DNA of 64,000 bases, taken from assembly GCA_038141785.1 (NCBI GenBank), contig JAYQIT010000015.1, forward strand, positions 102,024 through 166,023. Direction: 5' to 3'. Every line of letters starts with the position of its first letter. Position 1 is the first letter of the stretch. The notes beneath the pieces were generated by a model, which was not told where the DNA came from, searched no databases, and worked only from the letters and a program-made list of their open reading frames with translations. The DNA is from Luminiphilus sp. GTDB taxonomy: Bacteria; Pseudomonadota; Gammaproteobacteria; Pseudomonadales; Halieaceae. Positions 30,378 to 41,137 of the stretch are shown piece after piece. The translations under genes and the position numbers were made by a program.

Positions 30378-30439
30378 TTAACTCTCCTGTCGTGAGTGTC
30401 TTTGCCAGCGACGCCAGCCATCGAGACCTTAGGACCTAT

Positions 30440-30466
30440 AATAGGGGCGTATGCGCGAATTTCCAA
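30440..30466 (-). promoter_or_regulatory. Sigma32-like promoter for yccA
   Basis: TTGGAA-N13-CCCCTATT on the minus strand. Confidence 0.55.
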
Positions 30467-30476
30467 GGCTTGCCGT

Positions 30477-31214
30477 TCAATCCTGATACATCTCAAAAGT
30501 CATAGTAACCGAGGCCCTCACCGTGCCCTCGGCGGCATTAAATGCGCCACTGTCAGCCTCGGAAACCGCTGCCATACGAGCCATTGCTACCACCGGAGGG
30601 CGATGCGAGGACCCTTCTGAGACATGCACTACGCGCCTGATGCGACCTCCGAGGGTGCGGGCAATGGTATTAGCACTGGTGGTGGCTTGCTGAACAGCTT
30701 TAGCAATTGCAGCTTGATAGGCCTCACTTTCGGTGCTGGCATATAGTTGCGGTTGGTTAATACGGCTAATACCCAAACGAGATACCTCGCGCATGAGGCG
30801 ACCGAGACTGTCGAGCTTGCGTAGATCAATGCGAACGGTGCGCTCTACTGTGTAGCCATCATCGATTCGCTGCTTGGTCACTGGATCAAATCTGGAACGG
30901 GGCGTGATGCGGATGCCCGTGGTGTCGACATGTTTACGATCCACGGCTAACGAATCGGTGAGTTGTAGGAGCCTGGAAACCGTTTTGGCAACGACGACCT
31001 CCAGTTGTGAGACATCAGCGCCTGATTCGCTCACCACAACGGTTATCAGCGCCCGATCCATGGTCACAGGCTGCTCGCCTTTGCCGCTTACATCAATGGT
31101 GGTGGGCTCCATGGCGGCCACCGCGGTAGAGGCAAAAACACTCGTGCACACCAGCAAAATGGCTGCAAATATTGTCGGACCCATGCCAGAGTGGGTGTGG
31201 CTGTTGACTTGCAT
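30477..31214 (-). CDS. SIMPL (DUF541/YggE) periplasmic protein
   Basis: Signal peptide, TIDVSGKGE..DRA, C-terminal VRASVTMTFE. Confidence 0.85.
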   Translation of the reverse strand: MQVNSHTHSGMGPTIFAAILLVCTSVFASTAVAAMEPTTIDVSGKGEQPVTMDRALITVVVSESGADVSQLEVVVAKTVSRLLQLTDSLAVDRKHVDTTGIRITPRSRFDPVTKQRIDDGYTVERTVRIDLRKLDSLGRLMREVSRLGISRINQPQLYASTESEAYQAAIAKAVQQATTSANTIARTLGGRIRRVVHVSEGSSHRPPVVAMARMAAVSEADSGAFNAAEGTVRASVTMTFEMYQD

Positions 31215-31535
31215 GGTGACACTCCTTGTGTGAGCTTGTATCAGGTCTACCCTGGGTATTTGACGGCGCGGTCGCTCGATGGTTCCCCGCTTGCAGTGGA
31301 TGCCGGCCCAGCCGCTTAGTTAGCTCCCTGCTGACTAGCGCGACGAATAACCCATTGCATGTTCAAGTCAGCCATTTGTGGTGCAGCAGGCGGCAATGTA
31401 AGTGCCCTTATCGAAAGTCCTAAACGTTTTACCGAGCGTCCTACCCGACTTGACAAAAGCCCTGCCCGAGTATGGCGCAAGCTGGTACTGTACGCAGGGA
31501 GAACACCCAGAGCCAATTATTGAGGGATTGAATTA

Positions 31536-33038
31536 ATGAATGCCGTGAGCCGTAGCCTTTTGGGTTTATTGACGGGACTAAACCTTTCACTTTGCCTGTC
31601 ACTTTTGATGAGCGCCCCCGCTCTGGGCCAGTCCTTTGCATCAGCACATGTCAATGCGGGCGTTATTGCCGAGGCCGCCGAGTTTCGGGATTCTGCGCTA
31701 GAAGGTACCGAGGCTTTTCACTGGGTGGAGCGCTTAACCACAGAAGTCGGGCCGCGGCTCGCGGGATCAGCGGGGGAAGCCCGTGCTAGGGATTGGGCCG
31801 TTTCTGCATTGACCGAGCTGGGTTTCGACAATGTGCACATTGAGCCCTTTGAAATTGATGGTTGGGAGCGAGGCCAAGAATTTGGCCATGTTGTAGCGCC
31901 TTTTCCACAGCCACTGATGCTGACGGCTTTGGGAGGATCGGTTGCTACACCGGCCGAAGGGCTGGAGGCCGACGTTGAGGTATTTGCCAGTCTGGCTGCT
32001 TTAAAGCGAGCACCCAAAGGAAGCTTGACGGGCAAAATTGCCTATGTGGGCCATGCTATGCGTGCGACCCAGGATGGCTCGCACTACGGGTATTTTGGCG
32101 CTCTCCGACGTGAGGGCGCCAGTATCGCCGCGAGTAAAGGCGCGGTAGGGCTCTTGATTCGATCTATCGGTACGGATAGTCATCGGATGCCTCACACGGG
32201 CTCGATGCGCTATCAAGATGATCAGCCCAAGATTCCAGCAGCGGCACTCTCCAATCCTGATGCTGACCAAATTGAACGCATAGCAAGGCGAAACCAGACC
32301 ATTCGGGTTGCCATGACGCTGACGCCAACATTTACCGGTAAAGTGCCGAGTGGCAACGTGATTGCCGACATTACCGGCAGTGACTTCCCTGACCAATATG
32401 TTGTGATTGGCGGCCACTTAGATGCATGGGACCTCGCTACGGGCGCTATTGACGACGGTGCTGGTGTGGCGATTACGCTGGAGACAGCGCGGCGAATTCT
32501 TGTGTCGGGTAAGCGTCCAAAGCGCACTATTCGCCTGATTCTTTGGGGTGCAGAGGAGGTAGGATTGTTGGGTGGCTATGCGTATCTAAAAGCACACGAT
32601 AACAGCCTACGTAATCATGTTGCGGGTACCGAAAGCGATTTTGGTGCAGGTCGTATTTGGCGAATAACTTCGCGCGTTTCCGTTCAAGCAAAGCCGCTGA
32701 TCGACCTGATTGCTGAGCTTGTAGAACCTTTGGGTATCGCTCCGGGGCCAAACACCATTGCAGGCTCCGGGCCTGACCTCACCCCCATGGTAAACGCAGG
32801 CATGCCGAGCTTTCGGTTTGTGCAAGACGGCAGCGATTACTTTGATTTACATCACACGCCCGACGACACCTTAGATAAAATTGAGCCCGCTGCGATGGAT
32901 CAAAATGTTGCTGCTTTTCTGGTGTTTTCCTGGCTGGCGGCCAATAGCGATCTGACTGATTGGGTTGGCTGCCATCACAGGAATGATGGCAATCAACGCA
33001 TTTTCTGGGTGGCGCATCGAAAACGACCGACATCGTAG
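31536..33038 (+). CDS. Secreted M28 family peptidase (carboxypeptidase Q-like; 3' end possibly shifted)
   Basis: VGPRLAGS, GGHLDAWD, GAIDDGAG, AEEVGLLG, ESDFG, HHTPDDTLDK. Confidence 0.92.
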   Translation: MNAVSRSLLGLLTGLNLSLCLSLLMSAPALGQSFASAHVNAGVIAEAAEFRDSALEGTEAFHWVERLTTEVGPRLAGSAGEARARDWAVSALTELGFDNVHIEPFEIDGWERGQEFGHVVAPFPQPLMLTALGGSVATPAEGLEADVEVFASLAALKRAPKGSLTGKIAYVGHAMRATQDGSHYGYFGALRREGASIAASKGAVGLLIRSIGTDSHRMPHTGSMRYQDDQPKIPAAALSNPDADQIERIARRNQTIRVAMTLTPTFTGKVPSGNVIADITGSDFPDQYVVIGGHLDAWDLATGAIDDGAGVAITLETARRILVSGKRPKRTIRLILWGAEEVGLLGGYAYLKAHDNSLRNHVAGTESDFGAGRIWRITSRVSVQAKPLIDLIAELVEPLGIAPGPNTIAGSGPDLTPMVNAGMPSFRFVQDGSDYFDLHHTPDDTLDKIEPAAMDQNVAAFLVFSWLAANSDLTDWVGCHHRNDGNQRIFWVAHRKRPTS

Positions 33039-33235
33039 CCGCGCAGTTGACGGTGTTTGGTGGCACGCCCGGAAACACGCTTGCGCCAGAGGCGGAAAGA
33101 AGAGGGCTTCATATGCCGCCGCATCAGCTTAATTACCTCCTGCTCGGAAAGTCCAAAACTGGCTTCGATGGCCTCAAAGGGTGTGCGATCTTCCCACGCC
33201 ATCTCAATGATGCGGCTGATATTGCTGTCATCCAT
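32993..33235 (-). CDS. TIGR03643 family small protein
   Basis: RIIEMAWEDRTPFEAI..FGLSE..VIKLMR...SSFRLWRKRV.GR.TKH. Confidence 0.85.
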   Translation of the reverse strand: MDDSNISRIIEMAWEDRTPFEAIEASFGLSEQEVIKLMRRHMKPSSFRLWRKRVSGRATKHRQLRGYDVGRFRCATQKMR

Positions 33236-33293
33236 ATTTTTGGCCCCCTGGTATGTGGCAGATAGTTATCGTCATGTCATTGAGTGAGTAGCC

Positions 33294-34348
33294 GTGATCA
33301 AATTAGGAGTCATCGTTACAGGCGGACGATAGCCTCTACGGCAGATCTTGCTACCGGTGGGATGTACGCACCTCAATGTGGATCGGAGCTTATTGCCTTA
33401 ACACGCAGTATTGGTCTCGAGCGGGGTTACAGCGTCGATATAGAGCTGTGGCGCAATGGTCGCGACAACATGGCGCTGGTAGATTCCTGTGAAGTGGAGC
33501 CGTATCAATGGCAATGCTTGTCGACTCAGATCGATGACATGCTTACCGAATGCCAGGGAGTGGTGGTGCTGCACGGTACTGATACCTTGGCCTTTACGGC
33601 GTCGGCGCTGTCACTTTTAAATCCCAGGCGATCGGGTACCTTGGTGATTACCGGTGCCCAGATTCCCGCGGTAGCCGTGGGTTCCGATGCACCCGCCAAC
33701 TTAAAGCTAGCGCTCGATACCGCAGCCGGACGTTACGCTGATATGGCAGGTGATACGGTTGTGGCGTTTGGAGATCTGATTATGCGTGGTGTAAGGGCGA
33801 CCAAACACTCCACAGTAGCCGCCCGAGGCTTTCGAAGCTGGGCATGCCCGGAGGTAGATGTGCGTGGCACAGCTATTGCCACCGCTTCGACTGTGGCTGC
33901 TTGGCAGCAGTTGCGTGGGCAGGGCAGCGATGCAAAGTGCTTTACTGATTTTGGCGGGAGAGTTGCAAACCTGCGGGTAACGCCAGGTATGGATCTGAGC
34001 TACCTGCGTGAGCTGTTGCTCGATACGCCCCCCGATGCACTGTTAGTGCAGTTATTTGGTGTTGGTACATCGCCATCTGTCGACGCCTGGGCATTGCTTG
34101 CTGATGCCTTGGCTGCGCAAGGTGTGCCTTCGGTGGCCGTGACTGCCTGTCCAGAAGGGGCGATCGAGTGGCGTCGTTATCGGGCGTCAGCAGCGTTAGC
34201 ACAAAGTGCACTCATCGACGGGTTGGACATGACGTTTGAATGTGCCTACGTGAAATTGTTGGCTGTGGTAGCTGAGGATTTATCTTATGACGTGGCGATA
34301 CAACGATTTATCGAACCCGTAAGTCATGAGTTCACGCCAGGGGCTTAA
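33294..34348 (+). CDS. Asparaginase family protein (5' frameshift ~33325)
   Basis: GTG start reads VIKLGVIVTGG then TIA in the other frame; HGTDTLAF, ITGAQ, SDAPANL. Confidence 0.85.
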
Positions 34349-34419
34349 ACTAGCGTGCATAATCAAAGACGCGGCTGGGGTATTTAAAAGCCATACCGCT
34401 AAAGATAGGAGCCATCATT

Positions 34420-34845
34420 ATGACTGAGAAATCAATGGCACCAGAGGCCATTAACGGGCGTTCTGCCCATTTGTTGCCCGGTTATTTGGGCGTCGTTGTT
34501 ACCGGTCTTAAGGACGGTATCGTTGAGGCGCAAATTCAATTGCAAAAGCACCACATGGCCCCTAACGGTTTTTTACATGCCGCCGCGGTCATTGCTTTGG
34601 CCGACTCCGCTTGCGGATATGGATGTATCGCTAGTTTGCCTGACGGTGCTGAGAGTTTTACCACAGTGGAACAGAAGTCTAATCACCTTGGCACAGCCCG
34701 AGAAGGCACGATTGCCTGCACGGCCCACGCGGTGCACAAAGGGCGCACTACACAGGTCTGGGATGCACAGGTATTCCACGAAAAGACCGGTAAGACCATT
34801 GCCATGTACCGGTGCACGCAAATGCTTTTATATCCACAAAAATAA
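34420..34845 (+). CDS. PaaI family thioesterase
   Basis: HMAPNGFLHAA..IALADSACGYG, HKGRTTQVW. Confidence 0.88.
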   Translation: MTEKSMAPEAINGRSAHLLPGYLGVVVTGLKDGIVEAQIQLQKHHMAPNGFLHAAAVIALADSACGYGCIASLPDGAESFTTVEQKSNHLGTAREGTIACTAHAVHKGRTTQVWDAQVFHEKTGKTIAMYRCTQMLLYPQK

Positions 34846-34914
34846 AAGCGGCCCGAGGTTTTAGCCGCGAGCCGATGCTTGAACGCTTGCCGTTGAGCAG
34901 CGGCGAGGGTCTGA

Positions 34915-35241
34915 TTACTTTTTGACGTAGCTGTTGCACCAGCCGTTGGCGTGCACGCGTTTGCCGGCAAAAATAGGGCAGTTCCCATACTCGCCGTCGA
35001 GATCGGTATAGATTGCACAGGTCTTGCACATTTGGTTAGCGCCGTCGGCGGCTGCCTTTTTCGGATAAGCACTGGTGTCGACGTCAGCATGGTTGGCTTT
35101 GTACCCCAAAGCGAGGCCCGTTGGGTCGTCTGCCGCGACAATCGGTCCCCTGAGCGAAAGGCGCGGCGCGGCTGCGGTTGTGGCTATTAGGGCAGATGCT
35201 TTGATAAAAGTGCGTCGATCACTGCTGTACTTCATGGACAT
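34915..35241 (-). CDS. High-potential iron-sulfur protein (HiPIP) with Tat signal
   Basis: DRRTFIK signal; ALGY, CKTC..Y, C.IF.GK.V..NGWC. Confidence 0.9.
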   Translation of the reverse strand: MSMKYSSDRRTFIKASALIATTAAAPRLSLRGPIVAADDPTGLALGYKANHADVDTSAYPKKAAADGANQMCKTCAIYTDLDGEYGNCPIFAGKRVHANGWCNSYVKK

Positions 35242-35323
35242 TCCTCTTAGATGGTTAGTTCATGCGGTATTACGCAACTCTGCGTGTCGCAGGTGACCCT
35301 TGTCTATTTTTTGCCATGGTTTG

Positions 35324-35624
35324 TCGAACCTACCGGGGTTCCCACCCTGACCCTCGCAAAAAAAACCGCCCTCTAGGGCGGTTTTCTAAGTTTGGCGGTG
35401 GGCCAGGGATGGATTCGTCCGCGGTTGCCTCCCGCGTACTCACCCCTTTGGGGCGCCTTCATGCTGCGCATTCCGGCGTCCAAACTTTGCCGTGAGCAAA
35501 GTTTTTCGCCAAAAACCGGTTTTTTAGATTTGGCGGTGGGCGGGGTTCTCACCCTCACCCTAACCCTCGCCAAAAAAAACCGCCCTCTAGAGCGGTTTTT
35601 TAAGTTTGGCGGTGGGCCAGGGAT
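35324..35624 (-). repeat. tRNA-Ser-linked tandem repeat (RtT-like), ~214-bp period
   Basis: tRNA 3' end TGGCGGTGGGCCAGGGAT plus the adjacent terminator hairpin occurs at 35334-35410 and 35541-35624; partial third copy at 35529-35541. Confidence 0.85.
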
Positions 35625-35694
35625 TCGAACCCCGGGAACCTCTCGGTTCAACGGTTTTCAAGACCGCCGCTTTCGACCACTCAGCCAGCCCACC
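35607..35694 (-). tRNA. tRNA-Ser (TGA)
   Basis: Reverse complement GGTGGGCTGGCTGAGTGGTCGAAAGCGGCGGTCTTGAAAACCG...GTTCGAATCCC...GCCA. Confidence 0.97.
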
Positions 35695-35730
35695 GAAGAC
35701 CTCGCAGCCTGAAACTACCGCTGCAAGAGA

Positions 35731-35764
35731 GCGCGCATTATAACGATGCCGGCGCAGCTATCAA
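35731..35764 (-). promoter_or_regulatory. Stable-RNA promoter for tRNA-Ser
   Basis: TTGATA-N16-TATAAT-GCGCGC on the minus strand. Confidence 0.8.
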
Positions 35765-35826
35765 GGGCTTAGTGCCCTCATGTAGCAATTAACTTCTTAT
35801 CTTGGCCTGTTTGGTATCCCGTGGGA

Positions 35827-38800
35827 TTAGCCCTCAGCGGCGCCATCAAACAAATCACCCATTGCCGTTTGGATGTCGCTACTGCTTGCAGCAATACTTT
35901 CGCCCGGTCGAGGACCCCGAGGGTCATTGCTTGCGCGCGGTATATGCCGGACAACGACACTTACCGGTGGCAGCTGAGGTTTGTCAAACATACGTGCGAG
36001 CTCGGTAGCAACTGCGACAGCATCGATTGGCTTTGGGTTGAGTCTGGGGTCATTCAGGGCTCTGCCATTGTCATCAAGTCCCGATGTGTTGACAGCGGTC
36101 GCCGTCCAATTCGTCGCTAGCGGTTTCTGTACTGACCGCCGGCGAGCTGACTGCCAACGTACTCGGCGCAACGAATGCGGCATCGGAGCGATCGCTGTGG
36201 TCATCATGAGACGCCGGGACGGTGTTAGATTCCGCCACGTTATCGAGACTCTCGCGCGATTCTGTCGTGGCGACAACCGCATTATTGTGGCTGTCTTGCG
36301 CGTGAGTGGTGAACTCGTTAACTGCATCCGCTGTAGAGTCGCCAGCGGCCGTCGCAACGCCAGTCATGCCGCTTTCGTCGATTAATGTACCCGTGGCTGC
36401 GCTCTCGACAGGCTCGACACTCTCCCCACCTTCGACACTCTCCGCACCTTCGACACTCTCCGTACTCTCCGCACTCGCCACAAGCTCAGGACGTTCAGTA
36501 GGGGACGCAAGGTGTTCACTAGCGGCATTATCGACCGGCGCTGTTGCAGAAATGCTCGATTCCTCGGCAGCACTTACGGTAGCGGCCGCCTCTGATTTGC
36601 CGCTGTCAGTGGTTGCAGGCTGTGTGTCGGCGTTAACCACACTTGGGTCGGCACTAGCCGCAACCAATTCCATATCGGGTTTAGGTCCACGACGCCGACG
36701 TCGACGGCCCTCATTTTCTGGCCTGAGGGGCGGTGCCGTGCGGGCGCTTGGTCATCCTCTGAGTTGGTGCCTTCGTGGACGCTGTGGATGGTACTGTCGA
36801 CATTCGTGTCGTCATTGATCTCGTCGTCATCGATCTCGTCGTCGTTGACGCTAGTGGTATGCTCGCCCTCAGTGCGGCGTTGACCGCCGCGGCGGCCACG
36901 ACGGCGACGGCGCTTTGGCTTGTCATCGCTGTCGGTATCACTGTCATTGTCGGCATCTGTAGCGCTAGGAAGCGCTTCTGCAGCCGAGTCCAAGACGACA
37001 GCTTCCTGGTCAGTTTGATGCGAGTTTTTACCACCGCGACGGCGGTTGCGTGGTGTCCGCACTCGTCCTGAGCGACTGTCGTCACTGCGGGTCGAATTGT
37101 CTGCCTTGCTTGAAGCTTTGTCTGAGCCATTTTGGTCAGAGCTTGTTGTCGCCTCGTCATCAACTGGCGCAAACAAAGCGCGCCACATTTTACCCAATAA
37201 GCTCGGCTTGCTTTCGGTAACGATTTTTTCACCGCTAGTCGTTGCTTCTTGGTCGGGTGTCTTGGTTTGCGGTGTTTCATCGGTCGTTTGTGGCGCCGGC
37301 CCTTGGGGTTTAATGCCTCGCACAAGGGGCTGGGGAATGACGGGCGCTTCAGCTTCATCATCGCTTACTGTTTGCAAGTCGGGGGTGTCAAACTCAACTT
37401 CATAGCTAGCAACAGCAACTTCCTCCACTTCGTCATCACGCAAACGCGTCACTTCAAAGTGGGGTGTTTCCATGTGCGGATTTGGAATGATGAGCACGCG
37501 CACACCACTGGCTGTTTCGATATCGTTAACAGCACTGCGTTTTTCGTTGAGCAAGAAAGCAGCTACGTCTACAGGGACAACCGTTCGCACTTCTCCCGTA
37601 CGGTCTTTGGTGGCCTCTTCTTGCAGTAACCGCAAAATTGCCAATCCCAACGATTTGGTATCGCGGATAGTTCCCTGGCCCGTACAGCGCGGGCACACCA
37701 TGGCGCTGGTCTCGCCCAGTGAGGGGCGCAGGCGTTGTCGCGACATCTCAAGAAGTCCAAAACGCGAGATTCGGCCAATTTGAACGCGGGCGCGATCAAT
37801 TTCTAGCGCATCGCGCATTCTGTTCTCTACGGCCCGTTGGTTTTTACTGGCATTCATATCGATAAAATCAATAACAACCAGACCGCCCATATCTCTCAAA
37901 CGGAGCTGACGCGCAATTTCATCGGCAGCTTCAAGGTTTGTTTGCAGTGCTGTCTGCTCAATATCTGCCCCCTTGGTTGCACGCGCCGAGTTGATATCGA
38001 TGGAAACCAGTGCCTCGGTGGGGTCGATAACAATAGATCCACCGGATGGCAGCCGTACCTCGCGCTGGAAAGCGGTTTCTATTTGGCCTTCAACCTGGAA
38101 ACGGTTAAAGAGTGGGATAGGATCTTCGTATTTGCGAACACGCTGGCTAAACCGCGGCATCACCATTGACACAAAGTCGGTGGCTTGCTTCAAGGCGTTG
38201 CCCTCATCAATGAGAACTTGGTCAATATCGTCACGCAGGTAGTCGCGTATAGCGCGAATAACCACGTCGCTCTCTTGATACAAAAGTACGGGCGCTTTGT
38301 TATCGGCGCTGGCGTTAGAGATAGCCTCCCAAAGTTGGAGTAGGTAGTCCAAGTCCCATTGCAATTCTTCAGCCGAGCGGCCAATTCCCGCGGTGCGGAT
38401 AATCACGCCCATGCCATCGGGAATAGTCAATTGAGCTAGCGCGTCGCGTAACTCGTTGCGATGCTCACCCTCGATGCGGCGAGAGATACCGCCCGCGCGA
38501 GGGTTGTTGGGCATGAGCACCATGTACCGACCCGCTAAGCTGATAAAGGTGGTGAGGGCAGCCCCTTTGGTGCCGCGCTCTTCCTTATCCACTTGTACGA
38601 TAACTTCGGTGCCTTCTTTTAAGACATCCTTAATGCGCGCTCTACCTTCACCTTCGGGTGCGGCGCTGCGGAAATACTGTGGTGAGATTTCTTTGAGAGG
38701 TAAAAAGCCATGGCGATCTGCGCCAAAGTCGACAAAGGCTGCCTCCAGGCTTGGTTCGACGCGGGTGATTTTGGCTTTGTAAACGTTTGCTTTGGTTGAA

Positions 38801-38904
38801 ACACGTGCGCGGTTTTCAATATCTAGATCGTAAAGGCGCTGACCGTCGACAAGGGCAACACGCACCTCTTCGGGCTGTGTTGCATTGATTAACATCTTCT
38901 TCAT
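35827..38904 (-). CDS. rne: Ribonuclease E (frameshifts in the disordered C-terminal half)
   Basis: [45 protein letters not shown]; C-terminal duplicated NDPR motifs. Confidence 0.95.
36413..36476. repeat. 18-bp coding tandem repeat in the rne C-terminal region
   Basis: TCGACACTCTCC core three times at an 18-bp period, encoding [18 protein letters not shown]. Confidence 0.8.
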
Positions 38905-39400
38905 GGGTTAAGTCCAGTAAGCAATGCCACTGAACGGGTGCGCAGGACAGGATGTCCGCATGGGCAATCTAGCGCTGTACAGCCTGTACCGGCGCGTTGT
39001 CGGGCAGTTTTGCCCTAATTCAATTGTCCTACTCTACAGCTCAGCACCATTGCGAGCTGGGTTAAATTCGCACCGCGTTCAAGGAACTGCGGGTTATATT
39101 TTCTCGCCTGGCTGTTTCGCCCCCGCTCTAACGTGTACTCTTATACGATTGCACACGGAGTGGTCAGGCGACGTCTTCAGGCGTCCAGTCATCAAGGCTG
39201 ATAAGTGTTCTGTCCGGAATGTGCCGGTTGCTCGCAAGCGTTAAAAAGCGTGTCGCTATGAACCGGTGCTAGTCCAGACACAGGGTGTCTGGTGACGGGG
39301 TAGGTACTAACTGTCTTCTCTCTATCGGGTTTAACCCTGTCGCCCGGGCGAACTGCCCTCAGCCGGCGCCGAACGTACCACTAAAAGCGAAGAATATCAA

Positions 39401-40364
39401 TTGTTAAACAAAAAGAGTGACAGGTCGATAAACCAAGGCGTTCGTCTTGTGGAGGTGACCCGCCTAGACGAGGGGCAGCGTCTCGACAACTATTTGATGC
39501 GTACGTTGAACGGCGTACCCAAAACGCGCATCTACAAAGCCATTCGAAAAGGCGAGGTGCGCGTTAATAAAGGTAGGGCAAAGCCCGAGACAAAGTTGGC
39601 CGCCGGCGACCGGGTTCGTCTGCCACCCTTTGTAGAACAACAGAGAGCGGCTCCAAAGGCGGCCTCCCATTTTTGGGTTGACCAGTTGAGAGAGGCTATT
39701 GTTTATGATGCCGGTCATCTCTTGGTCATTAATAAGCCATCGGGGCTGGCGGTGCACGGTGGCAGTGGTGTCAACGCTGGACTCATAGAGACGCTGCGAC
39801 TCATGTATCCCGACCAGCGTTATCTCGAGTTGGTGCATCGGCTTGATCGCGATACGTCGGGGCTGATTATGGTCGCAAAGCGGGGCCAGTGTGCTGCGCG
39901 ATTTGCACGCTCAGCTTCGTAGTGATCGCGTGGATAAGCGCTATCAGGCCCTTGTTGGCGGGCGCTGGCCCGCGCACCTGAGCAGTGTTGACGCACCGCT
40001 TGAAAAGTTTTCGCTGTCATCGGGTGAGCGACGGGTAAAGGTGAGTGCCGATGGCCGCAAATCGCTTACCTGTTATCGGGTGCTGTCGCGGTGGCGTCAA
40101 GCAACGTTACTCGAGGCTAAGCCGGTAACCGGGAGAACCCATCAGATACGCGTTCATTGCAGGCACGTTGGCATGCCGATCTTGGGCGAACAGAAATATG
40201 CGCTACCTGAATCAGAGGCGCTTGCCAGGCAGCTGGGTCTAGAACGACTGTTTTTGCATGCAGCTAAGTTGAGTTTTGAACTGGATGGCCGCGACGTCGT
40301 ACTAGAGGCGCCGCTCCCGACGGAATTGGCCGCCTGCTGCGCTACCTTAGGGGAGCGCTTGTAA
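39401..40364 (+). CDS. rluC: 23S rRNA pseudouridine synthase C (frameshift ~39885)
   Basis: GQRLDNYL, NKPSGLAVHGGSG, HRLDRDTSG, TGRTHQIRVH; divergent from rne. Confidence 0.93.
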
Positions 40365-40460
40365 CCAGCGACAGTGCTTTGTTGGGCAGCGGGTCCAGAT
40401 GAGCCTGTGATACCGCTAGAGTGGGGGCGGCGGTATCGCACGCTCCGTATAACTGTAAGC

Positions 40461-41066
40461 CTAGGGCAACTGATAGCCATGTTCTCTTAGCCGTCTGGCT
40501 AGGGTAATGAGTGGTAGGCCCTCAAGCGCTGTTGGATCCTCGCCCCTGAGTTCTTCAAAAAGGCTAATGCCCAGCGACTCCCATTTAAAACTGCCAGCGC
40601 AGTCAAGGGGCTGATCCCGTTCTATGTAGCGCTCGATCGTCCCACTATCAAGCGCCCTCAGGCGCACCCGTGTTTCAATGATGTCACAGGAAAGCAGGTT
40701 GTGTGCAGGGCGCCAGAGCGCCAGGCCGGTGTAAAAGGTAACCCATTCACCGGCACAGAAGCGGAGTTGCGATGCAGCCCGCTGCGTGGACATAGGCTTA
40801 CCCAATTGCGCTCCCTTGCAGCTGGCAACCTGATCGCTGCCGATGTACAGACCGTCGGCGTCGTCCCCAGCGCTTACCGCTTTTGCCTTTCCCTCGCTCA
40901 GCCTTTGGGCTAGTGCTCTCGGTTGTTCGTTGGACTGGGCTGTTTCATCAATATTGGGAATGGCCGTGCTAAAGGGCAATTGCAGGCGCTGCAGCAGTGC
41001 TTGACGATAGTGAGAACTCGACGCAAGCACCAATTTTAATGGCGGGTTGTTTGAAAAACTGTGCAT
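40461..41066 (-). CDS. maf: Maf/YceF nucleoside triphosphate pyrophosphatase
   Basis: LVLASSSHYR, IGSDQ, LGKP, PLDCAGSFK.E.LGI. Confidence 0.92.
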   Translation of the reverse strand: MHSFSNNPPLKLVLASSSHYRQALLQRLQLPFSTAIPNIDETAQSNEQPRALAQRLSEGKAKAVSAGDDADGLYIGSDQVASCKGAQLGKPMSTQRAASQLRFCAGEWVTFYTGLALWRPAHNLLSCDIIETRVRLRALDSGTIERYIERDQPLDCAGSFKWESLGISLFEELRGEDPTALEGLPLITLARRLREHGYQLP

Positions 41067-41100
41067 AGTCACCAAGACCTTGAAAACTGGCGATTTTTTT

Positions 41101-41129
41101 TTGACACACCTACGGTGCGTCCGTATGAT
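41101..41129 (+). promoter_or_regulatory. Sigma70 promoter of yceD-rpmF
   Basis: TTGACA-N17-TATGAT. Confidence 0.8.
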
Positions 41130-41137
41130 CCGCCGCC

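Noticed and set aside
35324-35624. CRISPR array or prophage attL/attR
   Set aside because: Only two to three copies, derived from the tRNA end and terminator; no cas genes, spacers, integrase or cargo.
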